From the NCBI RefSeq assembly GCF_018977255.1, contig NW_024704743.1:9054001-9118000 (forward strand): a stretch of 64,000 nucleotides of DNA, read 5' to 3'. A program made the position numbers and the translations under genes. Shown one piece after another: positions 13,717-26,585 of this stretch. How positions within the stretch are numbered: position 1 is the first letter of the stretch; each line of letters begins with the position of its first letter. The notes beneath the pieces are model-generated. The model did no database searches and was not told the DNA's origin. It was given only the letters and a program-made list of their open reading frames with translations. Source of the stretch: Callorhinchus milii. Taxonomy: Eukaryota.

Positions 13717-14099
13717 ACTCTCCAACCTACTATCCCCCTACCTACCTACCTGCCCGTACCCTCCGTTCCTCTGGCTCTGGTCTGCTCCACATCCCCCGCC
13801 CCAACCGCCCTACCATCGGTGGTCGGGCCTTCAGCCTCTCAGCCCCCAGGCTCTGGAACTCCATCCCCCAGTGCCTTCGCCGCCTCCTCCCTTTCCTCCC
13901 TCAAGGTCTCAAAACCTTTCTCTTTGACCGTGCCTTCAGCTCCCCTCTCGACTCTCTACCCCCTCCTCGCTCCCTCCCTTCCCTCACCCTGACCATTTCC
14001 CCCCTGCTCGGGTCATGACCCAACTGTGCAGCGCCTTGGGACGTCCTCCTGACGTGAAAGGCGCTTTATAAATGGAATCTTGTTGTTGTTGTTGTTGTT
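13717..14099 (+). mobile_element. L2 LINE 3' end (young family)
   Basis: Closely similar to the 3' part of 48338-49449; ends in (TTG)n. Confidence 0.9.
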
Positions 14100-14112
14100 A
14101 CTGTACATTCCA

Positions 14113-14297
14113 TAATAATAATAATCCTTGCATTTGATATAGCGCTTTCCACGTCTTCTAGACGTCCCAAAGCGCTTCACAGAATATATTGTAAAGTGAA
14201 TTGACTGTATATTTGTGGGCAATATCCCATAAGCAGTCATGCATTGAAAATGACCAATTTATTATTGTTTTGTTTTGGAGGGATTATTATTAGGCGT
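14113..14297 (-). mobile_element. SINE family B, internally deleted subfamily, 5'-truncated
   Basis: Shares the ttttggagggattattattaggcgt junction with 26586-26896. Confidence 0.8.
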
Positions 14298-14922
14298 AAT
14301 TCCATGTATCTAGTTCCTACAAAAAAGAACTTGCATTTTTAAAGCACTTTATCCAGTTGCACCATCTCAAAGTGCTGCACAAGTAATTACTGTCAAGTGG
14401 CTTGACTGTTTTTTCAGGCAACCAAGCAGCCATTTACACCAGGCAAGTCCCACAAACAGCCATAAGGTGAATGACCAATTAATCTGGAGGAATTTTGAAG
14501 TTTAGGAACTCCCTATTTTCAAAATGATGTTGTGGGGTCTTTGACGTCCACTGAACACGACTGTTTGCGGGACATTGTGTTTCGCCTAGAAAATACAGTC
14601 AATTCACTTTACAATATCCTCTGTGAAGCACTTTGAGACCCACTTGCAATCTGCAACCAATCATCAACACGAGCACTCGTCTTTTAGTGTTCAGCTACTG
14701 CACCCCTAACCTCTGGAACTCCCTCCCTCTAGCCCTCTGTCTTGCCTGCTCTCCACCTATCTTTAAATCCTGCTTAAAACACCTATATTTTTGACCGTGC
14801 TAACAGTCCTCCTCCACTTCCCTGCCCCTCCCCGTCTTTCCATGCTAGGCATCTGACGCAGTCATTATGAAGCGCTTTGAGACATTATCTTACGTATAGG
14901 GCGCTGTATCTTAGTGGTTAGA

Positions 14923-15347
14923 ATGGAGTTCTACAGCTTAGTGGTTAGAGAACTCGCCTTGTAAACGAGAGGACCTGGGTTTTAATCCTGGACAGGGCGA
15001 AACGGTATGCAAGAGATCTGGGTTCGATTCCCGGCCTGGTGAAACGTTGGGCAAGTTTCCTTATTCCACACATCTTTGTTTAGCTAGCAGTAAGTAGGCA
15101 CCTGGTTGTTAGTCGATTGGCGGATCGCTTTTTCGGGGATAATAATCCCTTCAAAAATACAAACAAACAAACAAACAAACAAACAAACGAACGAACGAAC
15201 GAACGAACGAACGAATAATAATTTGGTCACTCAATCCACGACTATTTGTGTGACACGGCTGTGTGCAATTGGCTGCCGTGTTTCACACACAAAATAAACA
15301 GTCAATTCACTTTACAGTGCATTCTGTGAAGTGCTTTGAGATATCTT
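14923..15347 (+). mobile_element. SINE family B with duplicated B-box segment and internal (AAAC)n(GAAC)n; tail resumes at 17196-17240 after a CR1 insertion
   Basis: tRNA-like head tggagttctacagcttagtggttagag, B box gggttcgattccc, body ttgggcaagtttcctta, microsatellite at about 15159-15213. Confidence 0.85.
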
Positions 15348-17195
15348 TGGGACTGCAAAAAGGGCATCAGAATGGCAAAGAAAAGCTTTGAAATGAACAT
15401 GGCAAGAGATTTGAGGGATAATAACAAAAAGTTTTTTAGTTACATTAAGAGTAGAAGAAAAACAAGCAATGGAACAGGGCCACTGAAGGTGGGTTCAGGA
15501 GACAAAATGACAAATAATGTTGCACAATATTGCTAAATAAGTTTTTTGCATCAAGGAGGAGATGGGTAACCTATCAGATCTGGAAAGAGAACTCAAGCAT
15601 GTCGCAGAGAAAAGTTGAGACACTATTCATATCAATACCAGCATGGTTGCCAAACAGCTGTGTAAACTTAAGGTAAATAAATCTCAGAGGCTGGATAAAC
15701 TGTATCCAAGGATCCTTAAGGAGCTAATGGAGGAAGTTGCAGAAATGCTGGCACAAATCTTTCAAAAATCACTGAATACTGGAGCGGTGCCGGGGGACTG
15801 AAGAAAGGCAGATGTTAATCCTATTTCTAAGAAAGCTAACAAAAATGACCCAGGAAACTACAGACCAGTAAGTTTGACATCCATTATGGGTTAAATTAAG
15901 GATAAAATCATGGAGCATCTGGACAGAAATAAAATCATATATGATATCCAATATGGGTTCATCAAGGGAAATTCTTGCCAATCTAATTTACTGGTTTTCT
16001 TTGACAGTGTGACAAGGCAGCTTGATAAGGGTAGTCTGTGGATGTTGTATATTTGGATTTTAGTAAGGTCTTTGATACAGTTCCACTTGAGAGGCTGGTA
16101 CTGAAAGTAAAGAAAGTGTGAATCAGTGGAGGTATATTACAATGGATACGCAATTGGTTGACCAAAAGAACCAAAAGGGTGGAGGTGCAGGAAGTGTCAT
16201 CAGACTGGGAAAACGTTACAAGGGTCTATTTTGGGACCTCTTTTGTTTCATATTTTTATAAATGATCTGGAACTAGCAAGCTAAGTTTGCAGATGACACC
16301 AAGCTAATGAAGGTGGTAGATTGCGAAGCTGAACAGGATAGGTTACAGGAGGATTTGAACATACTTGGGAATTGGGCAGATCGATGGCAGATGAAATTCA
16401 ATGTGGAGAAATGTAAAGTGCTTCACACAGGGACAAAAAAATCCTGGAAGGGACTATTATTTGAACGGAAAGAAAATAACATGTATGGAAAATGAAAAGG
16501 ACTTGGGGGTCCTGATTGACAATAAATTGAAGCTCTCCCAACAATGCTCTGTGGGTGTGAATAAAGCAAACCAGATGTTGGGTTGTATCAAAAGATCAAA
16601 AGCAAGCCGAAATAGTGGGGTATTCATGCCACTGTATAAACCATTGGTGAGACCACAGTAAAGAGTATTGTTCTGGTCGCCACAGTACAAAAGGATATTG
16701 GAGAAATCGAGAAGATAGAGAGGAAAGCAACCCAGATGATTGAAGGAATGGAAGGACTGGACTATGAGGAATGACTAAGTAAATTGGGCATGTTCACGCT
16801 GGAAAAGAGAAGATTGAGAGGTTACATGATTGCTGTCTTTAAGATTTTAAAGGAGCAAGACAATATAGATCATGTCAGGCTGTTTCAACTTGTCCAGGAT
16901 AGTAAAACCAGAGCACACGGCCTGCGATTGAAGGGGGTAAATTCAGAACTAATCTACACAAACACAATTTCAGTGAGAGAATAGTGAACTTGTGGAACAG
17001 GCTCCCTAGGGAGACGGTTGAAGCAGGAAGTGTTGATTCTTTCAAACACAGATTAGCTTTTTTTAGGTAATAACATTATGGGACATAGTACATAGGTAGT
17101 TTGGGCAATATGTGCATGCAACCACCAGGAAGGTGGACAGCGAACTAGATGGACCTTGATCTTTTTTCGTCTAACATTACTTATGTTCTTATGTT
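15348..17195 (+). mobile_element. CR1 LINE, 5'-truncated, decayed ORF2 (RT)
   Basis: Frames with KKFFSYIKSRRK, QYGFIKGNSCQSNL, FADDTKL, WADRWQMKFNVEKCKVLH, LEKRRLRG; ends with a ttatgttc-type tail; multiple stops and frameshifts. Confidence 0.93.
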
Positions 17196-18189
17196 ATGTC
17201 TTGAAGACAGGCTATATCAGTTGCTAGGATTATTACTATATGATTATTATTATATAAATACAAGTTGTTGTGTAGTCTGCTGAACTATTTATAGGAGATC
17301 GAGATAACAGGATCAAATTATGCAAATCAGCAGATAGGCGTTGAACACAAACAGATGCAATGATTTCATCCAGTTATACACAGACAAACAAATCCAATAT
17401 CTCAAAAGTGCAAATGCACGAGGCATGGATTAAATACAGATGAACAGGAAAAACTGCGACTGCAGGAAATCTGAAAAGAGAAACAGAAAATGTGCGGGAG
17501 ATGCCCAAACTCAAACCTGCCTTTGCTTCTCACTGTGCATTTCCAGCAATTTCTGCTATTATGGATTAAATATTTATCAAAGTCTGAAACATTTTCAGAC
17601 CAGTGCAGCATTAACCTACAGATCAAAGACAGTGAATATAAAAGCTTTTTAAAGTATTTTTAAAAAAAAGGACACTGTGGCAATTTAATTTTAAGAGAGG
17701 TTTCAGAATCCCTCTGATGGTACAGAGCAGATTAAGGCAAGTCTTATCAGTGTTTACAAGACCCATGGTGACAACAAGAAACAGCTTGGGGACCCTCCCT
17801 TCATCATGAATTAAATATATTCATTACTGAAGATTAGAGAGTTTTGAATGTTGTGATATCTATGCAAGGCTCAGATAAAGCTTTCTCTTTTGCCCGCAGC
17901 AATTCCATGGTTACATTTAAATATCGCAGGCATTAATGACTGAGCTTCAATTAAGACACGCCAGCAGGCCTGCAATTCCATCCTGTTTTAGCCTGCAAGA
18001 ATATTTTGTCTTATAGTTTGAGATTATGGGGAAAAGTGGAAAATTCTTCAATATGATCTTAATTCGGAAGCAGATTTTCCCGCAGTCAGCAAAGATTCAG
18101 CTTCTAAATTCTAGAATAAATTTTTAAACATTTGTACAATTCTTCATGATCCTAAACTTTCAGTCAAAATCATCTTAAGGGACAAGGCT

Positions 18190-18600
18190 GTGTCAGCCTG
18201 GCTCAGTTGTTGGCACTTTCTCCTCAGAGTACGAAGGTTGTGGGTTCAAGCCCAGGGTCAGGACTTTGAAGTCACAATCCAGACCAGTGGTGGCCAGCAC
18301 GGAAGTGGCCTATGGGGCACAAATCAAGAAATATTCAATCAAGAAAATTTATTTTGCTGGCCAACCAAAATGGTTAGTCACCACTGGTCTATATTGATGC
18401 TCCAATGCAGTGTTGCAATGCCATCCTTCAGATGAAACGTTAAACGTTAAAAATTAGTCAATCACTTCTGGGTAGTTTGTGGCACATTGTGCGCAAATTG
18501 ACGGCTGCATTTGTCTATAGATACACAGTCATTACTCTTCACAGTAAAATCATGTAAAGATCTTGTCTCAACCATGTGCTAAGGCACTATACAATAGATT
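18190..18600 (+). mobile_element. SINE family A interrupted by a MITE
   Basis: Head tgtcagcctggctcagttg; body resumes after 18394. Confidence 0.8.
18285..18386. mobile_element. hAT (Charlie-like) MITE, 102 bp
   Basis: Termini cagtggtggccagc / gttagtcaccactg are inverted repeats. Flanks atccagac / gtctatat resemble a decayed 8-bp NTCTAGAN TSD. Interrupts SINE homology. Confidence 0.65.
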
Positions 18601-18800
18601 ATAAATTTACGTTCATATAGCGTCTTTCATATCGGGAGGATGTCCCAAGGCGATGGCACCCAAGGTTGGCACCTGAGTCGGGGTGTGGCTTTAATCGGGT
18701 TGAGAGGGGAAAAGATGGCTGAGAGTACGATCAAAGGGAAGGTCTTGAAGGAGGTGAGGGAAGAGGCGATTCGATGCAGTTTCAGAGAGTGGATGCTGTA
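18600..18800 (-). mobile_element. L2 LINE 3' end
   Basis: SLTSFKT...; tail ccttgggacatcctcccgatatgaaagacgctatat. Confidence 0.75.
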
Positions 18801-19079
18801 CCAATGCAAGGATTATTATACACCTAGATGGAATTTCGGGTCTGCTCAGTGCAGTATTGTTATGAATATATATTTAACATTCATTTATATTGAGAAATAG
18901 CAAATGAGGCATGTGGCATTCGAGTTACGACGTATAGAAATGCAGCACTACATTTGTTCCACTGATGCCAACAAGTCATCATTCGTTTGCAATGCTTTCT
19001 GCGTTTGCAAGATTGCACATTAAGGACGTTGAGTAGGTTGTAGGCATTTGACATTAATTCTGTTCTGCACTGGTCCGCT

Positions 19080-19370
19080 GGTCTGCCTGGAGTTAGTTGA
19101 TCTCAGCTTTGCAGTGAATAAAACAAGCCAGGGCTCCAGCTTCTGATCACTACTCTCTGACCCCTGCTGATAAGTAACCACGTGTGGACAGAGGGTGTGA
19201 ACAGAACCAGGCTTGGCTTTGATGCCTCTCCACGATCAAATAGTCTGCCTTCAATCACTGTCGAGGGGCACATGTGAAAAAAAGTCACTTTGTCGAGATA
19301 TAGAGTTTATAGTGTCTGTGAAACCACATTGCAAGCATGACTCACTGCCTTCAATAGAGGAAGGGCCGAG
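19080..19370 (+). mobile_element. Ancient SINE-like interspersed repeat (family not assigned)
   Basis: gagttagttgatctcagc...agccaggg...tgatcact...tgacccctgctg resembles an old gnathostome repeat as I recall it; related fragments at about 42720-42780 (+) and 52470-52520 (-). Confidence 0.5.
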
Positions 19371-19876
19371 AGGAAAAAAACAACTATGCGCGTAAATCAA
19401 TTCAAAACAGTTTTTAAGACACCCTGGTGGCACCGTGGGTTAAACGTATCAGCAAATGACCCACGTCTGGATTTCAAACCCATCACACTGAGCTCTTGAT
19501 CTCAGCTGGTGCTCATGCCAAGGAGGTGCTTGCTCTCAAACAGATCAAGGGGAGAAACTCCCCAGTTACAATGTGCTGAAGTAAGGAGCTGACGGAGCTT
19601 TCCTCCTTCCAATCAAAGGAAGGTGCCGGATGCACCACTCAAAAATGTAATTGAATTACAATGCCTTTGGTCTAGCTCAGTGACTGTTTCAAAATGACGG
19701 AGTATCATATACATATAAGAGTCTTTATACATGTTCATTTGCAAAAGAGTCACAGCTTTTGAATAACGTCACTTGAAACAGCTGACCAACAAGATAAAGT
19801 GATGCTAACCGGTTGTTGCATTAATGCCAATTCCACTCATGCAAAATACCCCAATATTTGTAAGAGTTAAATGATT

Positions 19877-20536
19877 AATAATAATAATCCTTGCATTTGA
19901 TATAGCGCCTTACCACATTGTTGAGACATGTCAAAGCGCTTCACAGAATATACTGTAAAGTGAATTAACTGTATATTATTGTGGGTGAAACCCGGCAACC
20001 AATTGGGGACAGCAGTATCCCACAAATAGTCGTGGATTGAGTGACCAAATTATTATTCTTTTTTGAAGGGATTAATACCCCCTGAAAGTGATCTGCCAAT
20101 CGACTAACAACCAGGTTCCTGCTTACTGCTAGGTAAACAGAGGTGTGTGGAATAAGGAATAAAAATAGAAGTCGCCGGGAACATGCAGCAGGTCAGGCAG
20201 CATCCATGGAGAGAGGAATATTAGTCAGAACTGGGATGTTGGAAGGGAGCAGATTATAAGGACAAGCAGAGAAGGGGGCAGGGAAAGAAAAAGGAAACAC
20301 TTTTGGATGGAGGATAGAAGATGATGAGATGGTGAGAAGATAACCTCATCATCTTCTGTCCTCCACCTAAAAATGTTTTCCTCTCTCCGTGAATGCTGCC
20401 TGACCTGCTGTGTTTATACCAGATTTCCAGCAATTGTAGTACTTTGCCTTTTGTGGAATAAGGAAACTTGCCTAACTTTTCGCCCTGCCTGGGAATCGAA
20501 CCCGAGTCCTCTCGCTCGTGAGGCGAGCGCCCTAAC
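19877..20536 (-). mobile_element. SINE family B, full length, carrying a 292-bp insertion
   Basis: Intact A and B boxes (tagcttagtgg; gggttcgattccc), body and (ATT)n tail. Confidence 0.9.
20160..20451. mobile_element. Foldback insertion with 14-bp TSD (probably Penelope-like-derived, non-autonomous)
   Basis: TSD tgtggaataaggaa at 20146-20159 and 20452-20465. Inverted arms 20186-20217 / 20379-20410 and 20292-20328 / 20345-20382. Confidence 0.75.
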
Positions 20537-21250
20537 CACTAAGCTACAGGACTCCACGATTCTGATGCTGTGATTGCTGATCCACAGGACAACAGAAGAA
20601 ATATTGCTCTATAAATCCAACAGAAATGCATCAGCAGGTGTAGATTCTGTGGATAACAACCGGGCCAGAATACAGCTTTACAAAGAGCCATTCCCATTGT
20701 CATATTCATCACGACTGTCAAATATGTTTCAGACCTTCACAGAAGTGTAATCTGCAGTAATAACCTTTTGAGGACAGAGCGATTACTTTTCAATGGGCAC
20801 AGCGAGGAGCAAAATAAAGACATGCAGTTCGAAAAATGCCTTACACGCTTTGCAAGCGCCAAACCCGACAGGCACACAGAAGGTTATTGACTGCTGCTTT
20901 TATACTCCAGCAATAATGGTGGTTACGAGAATAATGTAATGATTAGCTATTACATACTTTACCGTGCCTGGCCAGAAGGTAAGGATGAATGCAGAGGCAA
21001 AATATGTGCTTGGAATTAATTTTAGCTGCTGACGATCTCTTTGCTATCGCTGTTATTTTATTAATTTATCATGTTTTTGAAACTTGCGTCTCACTCTCCT
21101 TGTTGAAATTGGAAGGGGGTGGGGTGGACAGAAGGCAAGACTGCATGTATAGTTCACAGTGATCAGTGCCATTCCATATAATTCACGTGTGCTTTGTGGA
21201 ACAATGATTTCTCCTCCGCCTGCTTCCCCCTCCCCTACAAGATAGAGAAT

Positions 21251-21266
21251 GCCACCAAGAGGCACT
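21251..21266 (+). promoter_or_regulatory. Candidate CTCF-binding site gccaccaagaggcact
   Basis: Close match to the CTCF core CCASYAGRKGGCRS, in TE-poor sequence. Confidence 0.45.
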
Positions 21267-24044
21267 CTGTCTTGAGCTCCGGCTAAGTACTACCAAAACT
21301 GACCCGTCGAAAGGCAATGAAGCGCAGACAACAGGGACAAGAACTCGGGCCCTCTGAAAGGGAGTGCATTGATTTACTGGTACAGCCCTCAAGGTACCAT
21401 CTGTTAGCCCAGCCACATTTACTGTATTTATGATCTTTTAATCCATTAACTGATTTCCCCTTCCCCCTCTAAACTGATTCAATGATGATCAAAACGATCC
21501 AATATTAACAGAATAATAATAAGCCCTTATGAGTGATATGGTATGTGTCATTTCAGGATTTCAGGTCATCAGGGTTGCTCAACCACAAGATACAGATTGA
21601 AATGTCTGGTTGTATCAGCTGACAATGCACACTTTTATCTTCTCACTTCTCTCAGACAACAGACTCCAAAGCTTTTGTTGGGCAACACAACCAGATTTTA
21701 ACAGGGCATAACTTACTACGTCAGTTGTCTAACACTTAGCTTCAGCTTCCAATGCCACTTGTACACGATAACACTTATAATCCTTCTGACTTCCTACAAG
21801 TATTAACACCTGCCATGCCTCCAACACCCCACCCACCACCCACGTCTTGAATTAAGCATAAGAAAACTATGAATACACAAGTTTGATTCAGATTTTAGTA
21901 TGGGTTTGAAGACCTGGACGGATTAACCCTTGGAGGACGAGTGCCGTTCCATTGTGAATTTCCAGCGACTTGCATTGTAAAGTGATTTAACATTAAAACA
22001 ACAAAAAATAACAATTTATTGTAAAATTCAAACAAAAGGGTTATTCTAGATACAGAAACAGCAGTGTAATCTCAGCCTGGTTAAAGTTGGAGCCTCAGAA
22101 GAAACTGGCCAGTTTATATAGCGCCCCTCTCGCAGGGTAGCAGCCCAGAGCACTCAACAGTGGCGGAGCATGACCCTGAGCTGGGGGGAATATCTCAAAT
22201 TTTCTTGAAAAAAAATCAATTTCTATCTCTTAAAAAAAACTGCATCAATGTGTTTTTATTGGATTTCTCAAGATCATTTTGAAGTATTTGTAAACAAAAA
22301 AAAGTTTGCAAAGGTGATGGCAATACAAAAAGCTTCATTAGGGGACCTACGTGCTTAGTATCTGGCAGGTAATTAATCATGTTAATAATTAACACATCTG
22401 TACAAAGACAACATTTGTAAAATATTCAATAAAAGCATGGGAAGGCTCCGTGTTGTCCCACAACCCCACAAGACATGTGTGGTGGCTACTATTTCCATAG
22501 TGTGTTCATTCTGATATATTATCCACTTTACCTTTGTGAAAGGAAACCAGCCAAATGGCTTTGCATCATCCCTGACCTGTGGTAAATGAGGGATGACAAG
22601 GCAGGCTGCAAGTTCCCTCCCGACCGAGAGCAGCCAGAGAAGAGGAGAGGTGGTGGGGGTCTTTATAATCGCGGCACACAGTGACGTAGGGTAAAGAGCT
22701 GGTCACTTTTGCAATTACTTCCCCGACTAGACTTGGCAATCAGAAAACACACCAGGGGGTGTTAGGAATTTGCACCACAGTAAATCACAGAGAATTGGAG
22801 ATGTGTTGTGATGATTCTTATTAGACATTGGTTTCCAATATTTTCAATCCCTCTAGTTCCTTAGTGTGAAATTGAAAAGCTCCAGACTCCATCATAAGCT
22901 CTAATGCACATTGGGTTGGAAATGAATCAGTGTCAGTCACACACAAGGTCTTTTGATAGTCCTGAGTTTTCTTGTGTAATTTTCTAATTAATTCCATAAT
23001 CTTACAAAAGGATGACACAACCTAAATGCACATTAGCTGATCTCAATACTGTACTTTCATTTTCTCAAAATTTCCTACATTCACTACAACAGAAACTATG
23101 CGGTTATTTGGAACAAAATGTCTTTTGTGTCTTTTTCAAAATAAACCTCTGCTCAAAATCATCTGACTGCAATTGGAAATGGCTGCATAGTATTGTAGAT
23201 AAAACTTGCATTTAGTCACATTTATAGCACTGACAGGGAATAGCCATAATGGTTGAATTTTGTGCTATAAACAGATTTTAAATCACTTTGAGGACGCTAT
23301 TATCATAGATATACCCATCTCCTGCACACTTTACCGAAAGCGCACAGTCAAAAACCCGAGATGACTAATGCAAAAGAATATTACTGCGGGCTAAGACAAG
23401 AGCAGTCCACAAACTACAATTTCAGATATTTGAATTTCTAAGGTTAATATCTCTAATGTATGCAGAGAAATGTAATGGATTGATACCGGATCCATTAAAA
23501 TCCATCATTTTCAGAGAACAAAGATAAACATCAAAATGATATTGAATATTTCTTTGCGTGCTCAGTGAATAAGAGAGCAGAAGGAGACAGTCTGTTCGTT
23601 TTAACATTTTTAAATGAGGAAAAGGAACAATGTACTTCTCTGGTAATGGAAATGCCTTCGGTAATTGCTGAAACCCAGGCATATTACAAGTGATTTTACC
23701 AATAATCCTTCAGTATTTTAAACCCAGCATATAAACAAATATTTTACAAAATCAGTTTAATCTGAAACGACTAAAGATGTTAAGCATAATTACTGGAAAG
23801 GTTATTTTTTAATATATAAAAACCTTTAAAGTTCGAAAATCGTAAATTGCTTTTAAACAGGAAGCGACATCAAGAACGGTCTATATCTCTCTCTCTCTGC
23901 TTAACTTGTACTTTGGTCCTGGTAAAGATACAATTGTTCAATGAAACACAGAGATAAGACGATTAACATAAAATGAAATGGAAAAACATGACAAACACAG
24001 GAATGTGAACAACATGAGAAAAAATCTGGTTGACTCTCATCTCA

Positions 24045-24135
24045 GAGTGGGGGGTGGGGGATGGGAGGGAGAAGGGGTGAGAAAGAGAGAGAGAGAGAGA
24101 GAGAAGGATAAAGAAAAGGAGAGAGAGGCGGGGAA
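24045..24135. repeat. Purine-rich G-run/(GA)n low-complexity tract
   Basis: Read directly. Confidence 0.85.
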
Positions 24136-24454
24136 TGAGAGCTAGCTGGAAATTTTGACAACGAAGTTACTAATCATAATTCTTAGATTTGATATTGCAT
24201 CTTATTGTGTATTGAACTCTCAAAGCCTTCACAGTATTTGTAGGCCAACACGGCAGCCAATTTGCACCCAGCAACACCCTAAAAGCAGTCAGAAATACTC
24301 AAGAATTAGGAGTCTTACATAGAGGGTTTCATTCACCCTCTGCATGGGACATTTAAAGTTGTTTTTAACTAATTTTGATCAATAAATACTTAGTTTTCCA
24401 GTGAAAGTTGATAGGTAAAAACAAACAAAATTAAACTCTAAATTTTACTCCTAG

Positions 24455-24780
24455 ATTGACAAGAATGACACCAGGGATGATGAGCTTTAGTTCTGAGGAA
24501 AGATTAAGGAAGCTGGGTCAATTTTCATTGGAGCAGAGAATGTTGTGAGGAGCTGTCCAAATTTATTCCGGGTTTTCACAGGATAAGTAGGGGAGTCATT
24601 GAATAGGAGACATAGTTACAAGAGCGAAAGGCGACTTCAGGCAAAATAATTTGTTCAGAGTTATTTGGATATGGAATGGCTTGCTAATTAAGGAGACAGA
24701 AGCAGAGTCCTTTTGTGAATTTCAAGAGGGAAGTAGATAGGAATAGGAAGTATAGAGTCTTAAAGGGATATGGGGATAAT
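24455..24780 (+). mobile_element. Decayed CR1 3' fragment
   Basis: gaggaaagattaaggaagctggg...ttttcattggagcagagaa...ttcaagagggaagtagatagg...aagggatatgggga. Confidence 0.7.
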
Positions 24781-26059
24781 ACAACAATACAATACAAATT
24801 TACCCCCATGTACATGGGGCAAGAGATGTGGAGATGCGTAAGGGCTGCCTTGCTCTTACACCATATCAGATCATTGACCAACCATATTATTCATCAGTCT
24901 CTTCTGAGAGGTGTTTATCAGGGGAAAGGAGATGCATATCAATAGCAAAGGTGGTATGAGTCATTATAATACAGAACCAAAAGCAAGTTAAAGCTGGAAC
25001 TAGGAAATGTAGAAACTCAAAATATTTTCAACTTGGAAGCCATTCAGCCCATTATGTCTCTGTCACTGCATCCTGTTTTTCCAAGTCACTTTATAAAATT
25101 ATTAATCAGGCTTTCCAGACCTTCCCCATATCCCCTCATGTTTTTTACTTCTCAGATGCTTATCCATTTCTCTTTTGATTGATTCTATTGATCCACCATC
25201 AAAAATAAATAACCACTTATGGTAGTTTCAAAGGGAATCAACTTTCTAAAATGAAGCCATTCAGAATGTGTTATGGGATACTTCACCTCAATTAGACTCT
25301 TCGAAAGGGGTATGAATGTCTGAGAGGAGAGAGCACCTTGATGGAACCTGTGATGCATCCAATATCTTAAAGGTATTGGCTGAAACATTTCATAACAGAC
25401 AATTTCACAACAGGTACAGTCCTAGCCACACGTGCTGTGCCCAGTTACCAAATCGACGACTGGCTATGATGTTCACGTGTAATTGGGCACATTTGATCTC
25501 CTTTTAGCTCATCCTAAGATCAAGAGAGGTTCACATAAAGAAGGCCCTTTCACCCATTTGATCTCATCCTTCCAGAATACCCACCCTATCATCTTCCCAT
25601 TACAGCATCAAGCTGTCCATTAAATGAATTCAGTGTCTAAGCCTTAACCACCCTTCCTGGTACCACATTCCAGTTGTTATTTTTCCTCTGGATAAAGAAA
25701 TACTTCCTGGTGTCTATCTTAAGTTTGGCTTGTGCAGCTTTAAATCTATGTCATCACCCTCTCCCTCCCTACTTTCAAAGCCAATATCATGACTTATCTA
25801 TTTGACCATGCTTTCGGTCACAGGTGCTCATCCAGCAGAGCAAGATGTTTTGAAACATCTTGATGTGAAAGGTGCCATTGAAATGTAAATTGCACTCTCA
25901 TTGTCTCTGAAAGTATTGTTCTGGGTTTACTTTCTCAATCTCATTTCAGTACTGCTGGTAAATAAAACATTGTCACAATATTGTGCCCCAAGGTTCATAA
26001 GAATTCCTCCCACAATGAAATAGTGATATGAAAAGCCAGTGGATAGATAATATGATATA

Positions 26060-26405
26060 TAATAATCCTTGCATTTGATATAGCACCTTAGGTTGAACTG
26101 AGCTTCACAGAATTTTTCTATAGAGTGACTATTTATAGGCAAATGCATCAAATGCAAATGCATCGACCAATTTGCACATATGAATGTGGATATCACAAAC
26201 AGCCATGGAGTAAATGGGATCTTTAATATTCACCTGAAAAGGCACACAGAAATTCTGCTGAAGGACAGCACCTCCAACAATTCAGCGCTCCCCCAGGACT
26301 ACAGTTGGGAGTGTCAGCCAGACTATGAGCTTGAAGTCCAGACGCAGGACTTGAACCCACAACCTTCTGCCTCAGAGGTGAGAGCGTTACCAGCTGAGCC
26401 AGGCT
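26060..26405 (-). mobile_element. SINE family A
   Basis: Head gcctggctcagctggtaacgctctcacctctgaggcagaaggttgtgggttcaagtcc; tail present. Confidence 0.85.
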
Positions 26406-26585
26406 CAAACCTCAAGAGGCATACTTCTTCAGTTTCGATCAATATAACCTTGAGATTGTCTGAGATCACATTTAATCTGAGTCTGCAAGCAAAATCACCT
26501 GCATCATGCCTTTCTTCCCAGGTAGATTTAAAGATTGATGATTTGCACTGAATAGCTCCTGGTTGCTCTAACCATAAAGCAAAAA

